Source: Oopsacas minuta (taxonomy: Eukaryota; Animalia; Porifera). Taken from it: 64,000 nt of DNA. Below the pieces are notes generated by a model, which made no database searches, had not been told where the DNA came from, and saw only the letters and a list, made by a program, of their open reading frames with translations. A program made the translations under genes and the position numbers. This document shows positions 46,753 to 58,700 of the stretch, piece by piece. Location of the stretch: NCBI GenBank assembly GCA_024704765.1, contig JAKMXF010000313.1, positions 347,515 to 411,514 of the forward strand. Direction: 5' to 3'. Position 1 is the first letter of the stretch. Each line of letters starts with the position of its first letter.

Positions 46753-49700
46753 ATGCGATATTTGTATTTTGCTCTGTTCTTATTGCCATTCTTTACAATA
46801 TGGACCTCAGGATCTTTTCAAATATGTCTTTCTCCTGATAATGAACAGATCTACTGCGAACCTGGAGCTTCTGAGTTGAATCAGTTCCTAAGTTTGAGAT
46901 CATTCCACACCTGTGGTGAAGTGTCACAACGAGTGAGTTATTTGAAATACGTATATCTATCATACTTGCCAACCTGGGTGAAGATAAAAGCAGGACAAGG
47001 CGGGGCGTGGCATATTAGTGTTAGACTGGGCTACAAAAAAGCGGGACAATTAATGTTTTGGCAAGTTTTGGGACATTAGCCTCATTGGCACGCAACACAA
47101 GTCCGAATACGAGAGACGTCCCGCATAAACGGGACTGTTGGCAAGTATGATCTATAACTGACGAATACAGCTACAATAGACTTATATTAAATCTGAGGAC
47201 TATCAAATGTTTTCAACTTACAATAAACCGAATAAAGTTTATATATCAACATGTTAACACTGAATGCCTAATTTTACGTATGGCAGTAAGTGTGTAAAAC
47301 TGTAAATTCAATTTCCTCGTAACACAAAAATCCCGGTTCATTTGAGGCAATTAATTTTCTACATTAACCACCAATTATAATTAAACAATTAATTAACTGA
47401 AAGAGATAGATTACTATACGAATAAGGTTGCATTTCATTGACAATAGAACAACGTTGTTAATATTTATAGAATCGTATTAGTTTGGCTATGGTTTGGGGA
47501 ATAATTGATATTATTTGTATTATATTTCGATAAAATTATTGAATACAGATATAAGCTATGGTAATAGTATATCACGTGGTGTATGTAGTCTTGATTAGCA
47601 GAATGTCTTAAAATTTCCTAGTTTAACTTTCATATATATTAGTTGAGCTTACTGTTAATCACATAGGTATGTTGGAATAATGCATTAACAAACGAAACCC
47701 AGTGTCAAACATGTGACAATTCTGACAGCAGCTCTAGCTACCCTCTCTCGAACCTGCTGGACAGTCCTGGTGTATGGATATCAGATGGCTCTTTTAATGC
47801 TGTTATCTATCTGGAAGGAAACAAGTCACAGATTTTCTCTCTACTAACGATCAATTTCTTGTCTACGTTACCAGTTGCAACTAGCATAGAGAGGTACAGT
47901 TAATATTAATTATATATGACTGATGGAATCTGATGACACGATTCTATTAGTTTAAATTTAGCATAGAGTATAGGAAGAGTATTAAGCCCTGTTCAATTTT
48001 GGAGCGCTCCCGTTTCGAGCTCACTGTCGCTAATTTAGCCAAGTATAAAATTGCAAATTGAATTGATAAAGTAACATTTCAACCACGTATTTGTTTACTA
48101 TATATTTCAGAAAAACAACAATAAATTTACTTATGCGAAAAATAGAATTTCGGATTCAGCGTACTTTGTTACCCCATCGTAGCCGTTAAGAGCACTTCTC
48201 GCGTATATTTTAAGATTTCAACTATTTGTGTGCTTTATATTCATAATGTTTTCTAAAAAAATGTCTGAAGTCAAAATACTGTCCGGTTGGACATAAGTTT
48301 CGAAATATACTTCTGATTAGAAAAATCTGTCCAGATAGTATATTTTGTCCGGCCTAAATATAAGAGATGATAATTACCCAATGATGAGAGCCTTTCGTAA
48401 TTGTATTTTAATGAGTAATATTTAATTGTCCGATTACGGGAAGAGGGTTACTGTCGTAATCAATCCGAACAAAATGTGTGGCCTAGTAGTGGTAGATGAA
48501 TCATTTTCATATCATTTTATTTCCAGCAATAACTGGAATAATCAATAATTGCATTCACTTGTTAAGCCCTTGTTTTCACTGTGGGTACAAGAACAATAGA
48601 CTCTATTGGTCTAGGCCCGATGTTAGACTTAAAGTTTGGGATGAATGGGATCTATGTTTAAAGTATTTGTAGCTGAAATTCAACACACATGTATATAAAT
48701 TTAAAATCCTTATTTCTTGATTGTTGTTCTTCATAAATTAGAAAAGTAGGTAAATCTGTGTCAGTATTTATTTTCAAATGTAAATGTCCTTAAGCTGATA
48801 TTTTTGAGTCAATATGTATAACCACTTCCTTCAACGAATGTTTTTCAATGATATTGGATTATTAGAATTGCCCTAAAGTTGTTTGTTGAATATAAAAAAT
48901 TGTAGCAAATTTTCCCCTGAGAAACCCAATAATTTCAATTCATCACAGCGATAAATTTGTGTATTTTCTTCCAAATTTAGCACAAAAATTGATTATTTAA
49001 GAAATTTCTCGTAGAATTCGAATTCCACTTAGAGAGGGAAATTTGAATGGTATGAGGCATATATTTATCTCTAAAGTATGCCCATTCCCCATTCACCGCT
49101 TATAGAGGTTCGTTTCTACAGAAATGAGTAGAGGTGGGCCCAAATTGCCCCGCTTAGAGGTTCCACTGTAATACATAATTTAACCAATTAAGTATGTTAG
49201 TTGAACTACTTATGTGGACTCCCAGTTAGGGGGGCCTAAATATATGTTTCGCCGAATAGCAAAAAGTTGCCAGTCCGCCCCTGCTAATAGGTTAACACCG
49301 TTGTAACTAATTCTATTTACTAATATTCTAATAATATTTTCACTGAAACTAATTTTCAGTGAAGTATTGATTTGATTAGCGGTTCTGTTCTGCTGAAAAT
49401 TGTCAACAATGCAATCCATAACATTTAGATTAAATATTCTAAGCAACATACTGACACCTGAATTGTAAGGAATTATTGAGTCAGTATTTTGACCCGGACC
49501 TTTATTCGAAAACAATAAAAACAACAATAAATATATATATGTGAGAAACTTGAATACGCAAAATTCGGATTCAGCATATTTTGTTACCCCATCGTAGCCG
49601 TTAAGAGCAAGTGCCTACGTATATATTAAGATTTCAACTATTTGTTTACTTAATCTATACTATTAAAACGCAAATAATCTCTCTCTCTCTATATATACAT

Positions 49701-52700
49701 ATTTATATGTATATATGTTTGTATGTCCAGAATTGATTGAAGAAACTGGAGGACCACTAGGGTTGATTTTGGGCATACAGGGTATTTTGGGCCTGGCTCG
49801 GGCCAGATTCGAGTCTTGGACGAAAAATCACATCATTGACCATTGCTCAGCCAATATACATGATAGAAGTTTGAAATTTGAATCACAGGTACCCGTTAAT
49901 GTGACAAATGTCCTGACGTCATGATTCTCATTTTGAGAGTAATAATTAATTATCCAATGAATAAATAAACGAAAGCACAGCATAGTACATCAATAAGACT
50001 AAATCTTATATCGCAGCTTAATCTTGAGTACGTACTATTAATAATTTAATGTTTATTCAATGTCTCTACAGTTCCAACCAAGAAAATCTCAGTTATTCTA
50101 CAATCGCCTATTTCATTCAGAATTGTTCGCAATCACCAGTACACCTACAGTCTGTGTGTATAGAGCACTCTAGTCTTAATACACTGGAATATTCTACTCC
50201 TGAAGGAATTAAGTCAGATGCAATTAGAATTACTTTTTTATCTCATTTGAAGAGCTCATCAGATGGTTATTACTCACATGCAGTAGAGGTAATACTAAAT
50301 TTATGATAATTAATCCGATACGGTGAATATTCTTTAATCTTAACATATTTAGCGGATAGTTGTTGGTGGATTTTGTGATTGTAATGGACATGCTTCTGAA
50401 TGCAGTGGGGAGGGAGCTGATAGGAAATGTGAGTGTCAGCATAACACAGCTGGAAGGGACTGTGAATCTTGTTTACAAGGCTACTACCCTTCAAGCGATA
50501 AGGAGATATCTGATCCTAACTACTGTGAAGGTATTTAATTATTTGAGATATTATTCAATTATTGAAATTTATTACAAATATCAATCGCTAGTGGGATGTG
50601 ACTGTGAGTTATGTGGTGTTGAAGATGAATTCCAACCTTGCAATCCTGTAACCAAGGAATGTATCTGTAAAAGTGATGTAGAGGGAAACAGGTGTGACAG
50701 ATGCAAGTCTGGTTTTCATTCATTGTCTTTCGGTAATCCAGCAGGTTGTCAGGCATGTTATTGCCCTTACGGAGGAGCAGCAGATCTTCCTTGTGACGCA
50801 ACCACAGGAGCATGTTATTGTAGAGAAGGATTTACTGGCAGTGCTTGTAATGTCGAGTTAGGATTATACATTCCTTCTTTAGAGCAAATATTCTCAATCC
50901 GTAATATCGCTGACAATCTCAACACACCTACCTATGTGTTGTTAGATCAGATATCTGGTGTGAGGTCTGGCACTGGCTGGAGGGTGAGCAGTGAGGAATC
51001 CTTTTATACTCAGTTTGTTGTGGGGGAGACAGGGGATTACTTATTCATCCCCCTCATAACTACTTCATCTCTTGACATTAATGTCGTTATTACATTGGCA
51101 GCTAACAACTCAGATTCTGATTTATACACTATCCCAGCAGCTGATCTATCTCAATGGAATACTGTGGTTTCATTGAATTCACAACTTTTGTACACTGTAT
51201 CAGTAGAAATAAGCTCTACAGATAATCTGTTGGTTGTAGAAGATCTACTCTTTCTACCACTGGAAAGCGCTTCAATATCTCTAGACAGGTCAACACTGGA
51301 GACACTATATTCTAATTGTATTCCATACCATTATTACGCTGCACCGGAATGTAATTTGACAAGCTACGTATCTGCTAGTCTCACACAGTCTCCTCTAGGT
51401 TGGTTTTAATCACTTTAAAGTTTATATACTTTTATTCTCAATAAGTAACTACAAAATACAAACTGAATGTACAATGGGTTCTCTAATAGTCCTTGTTCAT
51501 ACATAATCTCTTAATCGTTATTCACTTCAAATTCTGTAATTGTCCGCTTCGAGCCCCATTGCCACTGGTGGATATTTAGAGAGGACCCCCTGTATAGGGT
51601 ATACATTTAAATCTGTATTGGGAAGTAAAGAGTAAAATCGTAATAGGTAATTACACTTATGTAGAGAGAGTTTGTGTAAGATTTGAATCTATTTGTATAC
51701 AGGCTAGAGTTTTCTCTGATTAGTTCTGACTTCTGAGCCAACTTGATGTATGAATAATAACGATCAAATTGGTAAGAAAACTACTAATTAATTAATAGAT
51801 GGAACGTCAAATAATAATAATATATTTTTCGCTCGTTTTGCTTTGTTCTTCTCTTCTCTATCTGTCGATTCATAGTTAAGGTTCATTACTACTATAAAGG
51901 TTTAAATAATTGATGATCAAATCAAAATTAAGTGACCCGGAATTTTAGCGAATATTGTAATCAGGTTGACCCGGAGACCAGGCCCAAACCTGATATAAGT
52001 AATCCATTTGATTAATAGATGTACGTTAATATACATTGTAATATCTCAGAATCAATCTTCAAAAAACAAGTTTAGCAATAATCAAGTAAGAAATCAAAAT
52101 GTAATTTTGATTATTTAATATTACATTTAGAAATGTGTTCTTTCAGTTGTGGCATGTTAGAAGCCACTTTATGACACAAGTGACACTTTAGAGGAGTATG
52201 TAACAGATCTGAAAATTTGAATTTATCAAAATGAACTTTTCCTTTTGACTCTAATTGTTTCAAAATCTCTTCGTTACTGACGAAATATTCTGTGTTAAAA
52301 CTATTCCAATGTTTTTTGGTCTTTAGTCCAGCTCCTTGGAAGTCTGTACTGATCACATGCATGTGTAATTGCGGTACGCTGGGTATAGCATGGAATCCCA
52401 TTTTATACTTCACTCCCTGGCAATCAACGCTTAATAAAGATTGTATGAATTTATCTGCGAACAGTGCCATGTGTTTTAACAGTCCTATATGGGATGTATT
52501 CAAGTCAGTTATAGAATTTATAGTTTCTTTTGGCAATGTGAGGTAATGATGTTTAGATTTAGGATATTTGTCTCTGATTATAACAACATGGTCATCTTGT
52601 TTCAGAATATTCTCAGGTTTGAACATATCAGTCAAGAGACTCGTAGACCAGTGACTCTTAGAGGCCATTCCTCGATTATACAGATATTAGTATGTTTGGC

Positions 52701-55700
52701 TGTGGTGTAGTCAGAGAAATGCAAAAAAATCTTGTGAATATTAATAATATAAATTATGAAACTACGAATTTCAACATTTATCAGTTCAGTAATCTAAATT
52801 GACCAAACTGTACTCAATACTGTACTCAATACTGTACTGTACTCAATACTGTGACTGGCCGATCGGCCAAGTTAAAGCTCCTCAACAAAATTCCAATTAC
52901 TTGTAGCGCACCTTAACCGATGTAACCAAAATGATTCAGCGTCACAGTGGATACTTTTCTTATTGAGATAGAAAAAAATTCAGTGAGATCATTCGACCCA
53001 TCAATCAATTAATATATATTGTTTCCATTAGCAAGTATAATTCAGCAATATTGATTCTTGATTTTATCGAATTAATTATCCAAAAATCATTTTCCCTAGC
53101 TACCAGCCTACCACACACAAATTCAGATAATGAGACCATATTGTATCTAGGTAATAGTGAACAAGAAATTGAGGACTAATTGTTGATACAGTTCCGCAAT
53201 TGTACCATGTGATATGACTAAGAGATTTGTCAAGTGAGATTACGGCTACAGAATAGAGGGATTAGTTGAAATTATGATAACATATCCCATGGGCACAACA
53301 AAGCTCATGAGTCAGGGTGGGGAAAGATGACGTCATTCCCACCCGCCCTATACTTTTTGTATCACTGTGGAATGAAATCTGTGTGGGCACATGTCGACCC
53401 AAAATGGCCTAGTTGCACCTATGAGACATATCTTGCAATATAAGAGAATATTTGTATGCCTAAATAGGAATCGAGTTGTCCTGCATCTCTATATACAGAT
53501 CCTACTTTCTAACGAGTCTGTAACCATTTAGAATAAGTACTGGAACTCGGCACAGTACCAAATAGAATTAAATAATAATGTAATGTTTGATTTATAATAA
53601 TCCACTTCTTACACTCTTCTCTCCCTTCTCCAATTTTCCCAAAAGTGAGTCTAGGTTTGTTCTTCTTCCTGATCTGCTGCATGATAATATCGATATTAGC
53701 AGCTAGGTTAAGAGACGGAGCAACAGTCTGTAGAATTATCTTGTTTGATATACGTAGTTACAATTACATGTGTATCCTGATTGATATTCATTAATATTTT
53801 ACTCTTCAGACTAGACAGCTGCACGTAACAGTAAATAAAGTTCGCCAATTGGTAGTCGTGTGGCCTAAGGGCTGAGGAATCCATGGAATTCAGATTATGA
53901 ATACGGTCCTGCATCTGAAAATCCAAAATGTCTGCCTTACTAGACTTATCTCAACTATTGTCTCACTGGCAAGTGATTCGCTAAATTTGACTATTTCTAG
54001 TCTCATTGAGTCGCAGTGTTTCACTAGCTCTATACTGCAGGTCTCAATACCAGTATAGTTTATTTTCATCTCATGCTTCTTGTAATGTGTAGCTAGATTG
54101 ACATCCAGTTTCTCTGTATGCACTCATCTATCTACAGAAACGATATTGGATCTGTAAGTGTTACATAAGGAAGCCTCAACACTATTCTATTAATAAATGC
54201 AAATACTATAGCTTCATAATATTTATTAATCCAGTTGAAACTGTAACAACATTATTATGTACTATGGATACAGCCCTCTGGTTAGGACCAAAATGCTTAA
54301 TCAGAATTCTACTTAAAAGTAATATCATTTAATGAATTAACAAAGAAATCCATGTATGATGAACTTTGGTAACAACAACAAATTCCGCATATAACAACAT
54401 GAAACCAAAGTCCCGAGTACTTCGTTATAACTAGAGCTTGTTGTACAGGAATACCTGCTTGGCCTTTAGGCAAAGAATGGATTTTAATATTGGCCCTTGC
54501 CGAAAGAATGGAAATCTTGTTTCTTGAATTATATTATTTTAGTCTTAACACATATAAAAACGAGGTTTGTTCGTTGTAGGCGGTTGTCCGCTTCTCTTCT
54601 CGGAGTGTCCGTTTTGGGAGACTCCACTGTAATGCTAATGGGGAAAATACAAATTCAATACATATGATGGTAATAGAAAATATAGGAACTATTTAGAAAA
54701 ACTGTAAAATCAAATTGCTGATGTGTGTAGGGAAAACCGCGAATAGTCGAGGGAATGTGTCGCGAACAACAAAACAAAACACAAAAATCATCTGCGAATA
54801 GTCGAAACCGTGAACGGCGAGGGCTGCTTTTATATTACTGTAGTTGGCGTAGCTAAGATAACATATTACGAGCAAATGTACTCGTTATATCATTAAAGTT
54901 GAATATAAACAGTATCCATACTCATTTCAAATTTACAATATCCATATATACATAATTAAAAATTGTTATTAAAAGAAAACCTGTCAATTATTGGACTTAT
55001 AGCTACTACTGCCTCGTTTATCTATCTCACTCAAGAGCATATTAACTTCCTGAGTTAAGGTTAACACTTCATCCTCTCGTCCCTCCTTCTCAGCCTGAGA
55101 GAGATACCCTCTCAGCAGTCTCAGCTGTAAGATGTACGGATCTTCTTCTACATCCTCTAGAGCTGTATTGTCAGTAGAGGAGGCTACCCATCCTGTGCTG
55201 AGCAGGTGAGACTGACTCCTTGGCTTACTTGGATTGGCTTCGAGAGATTTGTCTGATTGTCTGAATGATTTTGACATGACTCTCTCTTCCTCTCGCTTTT
55301 TGCGTATCTTAGCTATTTCAGCATCTGAGGGTACATTAGGTAAACAAGCGATACGTTCTTGTAAGTATTTAACGGAAAAACTTCTCACTCCTTTGTGTAG
55401 TCTCAGCTGTCTGGGAGAATATTCGATCTCTTCAGCACCAGCGTCAGATCCACTGTTTACGGGTGTTTCTAATAAAGCCATTACTTTCTTACTCTTTATA
55501 TCAATAGACTCGTACAATTGTAATATTGAGAATCTCATACGTTTAGCTTCATCACTGGTGTGTTCTATTTTCCCTTCAAATATTCCGCTAACCATACTTT
55601 CATACTTGGGAAGCATCACGTCTACTTCTCTCATCATATCACATATGCTGGCGTAGAGGAGACTCAGTCTAGGCCTAGTGTGCACAGATTCAAGTCTCTG

Positions 55701-58700
55701 AATTCTCTTGTCTATAATAGCATTACATGAAGTACATAACCTCACAGCGTTATCCGACTTCCCATTCATTTCTCTTGCTTGCTCCTTCGCCTTCCTCAAA
55801 GCACCTTTACAAGCTTGTTCGTCTAGGCACTGCTTATTCGTCTTCTCAAGGAGCATGGCTATCGGCATTGGTAGAAACATAGAACATCCACCACAAATCA
55901 CAAAGCCACACAGCCTGCAATGGTGTTTGCTTGCCAATAATAACTTCTTAGAACAGATTGCGCAGTACTTGCCATCCTTATCTGACTGCCATTGAACAAC
56001 CTCCATCTCCAACTTTCGCATCTTTTTCTCGGAAGGAGAACTGATCGTAGCTGTCTTCATACTCATCATCTTCCCCAACCGAATGAGTACTTTGTTTGTC
56101 TCTACCGTCAACTGGTCTACGTATTTATCCCTGAGAGGTCTATACAGGTTCATGAAACATCTCGAGCTGCCGATCTCCTGCGGCTCCCAGCAATAGTTGC
56201 TTATTCCACTAGGATTAGTGCTGGGTACACCTGCGGACGAAGAATCAATACTCATACTTGTGTTCTCTTCTTCTGTTGAATAATCTATGCTAGCTTTCAA
56301 AGATTTGCTTTGAGAGAAACTTGAACTGGAAGTGAACTTCTCTCTAGCCTTTCCGATAAGTCCCTTCACAAAAGAAGGAGACTCTCTCTCCCGGAAAAGG
56401 GTTGTGAAACTTCTTTTCTGTGAGTGAACATCCTCGAAATGCTGCTGCAGACCTGTCATAGAGCCCTGGTCCTCCATACAGTGGGGACAAATGTACCCTT
56501 CCAAGCAAACCTCTTCTGCCATTCTTTCAATAGAACGAATGATACAGTCTATACTATTTTGCCTATTTCATTCTAAGACTAATATAATTGTAATTATGTA
56601 TAGAATATTCTTAATTATCATCTACGAAATGCTAAGTATCCCATCAACATTCAAAATATCTGAAGTAACTGTAAAGGATAATTACATAACACTACCAAAG
56701 GGAAGGGAGGGGGTATACAAGTGTGACAGCCCCATTATTTTTGTATTACAAAATGTCAAAAAGAGTGACACAGTGAGGGGGAGGGATCAAAATTTAGGAA
56801 GTTTTGCGGTACGTAACGTTTGAACGGGTCCAAATATAATTCTCAATTGGGAGTGGAAACGTAGAAATGTAGATTAGATTCAATTTGCTTATTCGAATAT
56901 GTATTCCGAATGAATCTGAATTCAATAGGTAACGTAATATATTAAAAGGATAAAATTATGATAACGATAGTGAAAGACGCTTACCGTATTTCCCTTAGAG
57001 CCGAGCGTCGTGTTCAAATTTCACATCAACACGACACGAAAGACAGAAAGTAAAACACGAACAAGACACGAACACAAATAAACTTGTCCTCTCCGTAAAA
57101 TAGGTAGATCACTAAGATCAGTCAACACTGAACGCCATTACTACATAATTACTTGTTTTATGAACTAAATTTGGGTTTCTCTAATTCACGGAACGGATGA
57201 CATTTCACATCGATGGTAATCAATATGTTAAATTACTTAGTATCCATTCAAACAACAATATTCAAGTTATTTCGCCTATAAATATTCCATCTCTAATTTT
57301 CGATCTCCTTATCTTGGCTAGAGGGAGGTACTTATCCATCCGAAAGGTGGTCCGGATAAAATTCACGATTAGAATGATAAAAGTTATTTATTGGTATTAT
57401 TAGATATTTTATTGATTTCGCTACAAAATAGAGAAAATTGATTACCACTAGAGGTTGCAACGGGCCAACCGAGCCCGGCCCGACACGAGGCACACAGGCC
57501 CGAAGCATACCTAAAATATAGTTTAGAATATTTTTTAATTTGAATGAAAAATTGATTTAACCAAATCTTAAAGTCAGAAATTGTGATTGAATACAAATGA
57601 TGATTGTAATTAAATGTTAGGAAATAAGCCAAATTATTTCAAAAATTTTATAGCCGGTTTATTCGGAACCCTCAAGTATCGGCCATAATCCCGGCCCTAC
57701 CCGAGGCCATAAACCCAAACTAGGCTCGTGCCCGGGTTTGCGACCTTTAAATACCACCAACGTGGAAAGTCGAAACAAATGCTTGACAACTGTCATGTAA
57801 CAATATTTTGTGATTTACAAAGCCAAATGCAATAAACAACAAATTTGAAATTTTTCAAGAAAAATTTGTCTGTTCCTTTCCGTGAATTAGGGATGTCTCT
57901 AATTTTACATGATATAATTAATTGTACAAACTCCACAAATATTTGTTGAGATGTCCTCGAACACGCCACGTCTACGTTTACTTTATACAACTAACAAATA
58001 ATATAGTATTTTATTTATGTACGGTATTCGTGAAACGAATTGTCCATAAAGCAAAATTTCTATATAGCGAAGTGTCCATGTAAGCACAGTGTCAGTTACA
58101 GTCCGTATAGCCAAAAATGTCTATGTAGCGTAGTGTTTATGTGAGGAAGTGTCCGTATAGCGGACTGTCCTTATCGATTAATATTATTACAATTCTCATT
58201 TATTTCTCACTGTTATCTAATTATACAAATAACCATACATCTATAATCATCTAATATTGTAGGAAACATGGAGAGTTCTATTGTTTAGTCTGACAAGTGA
58301 TAGTTATATAACTTCTGTAATTAAGTATAATTAGAATGTTTAGCTTGAATGATTTGCCCAAACACCCACAATGGGGGACTTCCCACAGTGTTGTAGGAGT
58401 CACCATTCTAGTATACTTTGTTTTCTATTACACTGTCAGATTGTCTCGGGATAATTATTGTAGGTTGATTATACCATTAATATAATACTCTATCAAGGAA
58501 TTTCCATCAATTTACTTATATTGACTATTGTGGAGTGTTAGTCGTGAAAAATATATCAAATTCTTCCTAAAACAGTGAATATATATATCAGGTCTTCATC
58601 TGGGTACGCTGCATTCACCCATAGGTGCTTAAAATGCGCGAAATGAAGGTCTTCATCAGTGGGTGAATATATGTTTTGGGTGGCGAAAAGTAAAATAAAC

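Noticed and set aside
50360-51409. 349-aa ORF as a stand-alone gene
   Set aside because: Its N-terminus is an off-frame reading of laminin exon 4 plus intron; the true exon is 50592-51398.
52330-52400. First His of the aprataxin HIT triad replaced (QLHMH) as loss of function
   Set aside because: The catalytic middle and last His are retained; fungal aprataxins also vary at the first position.
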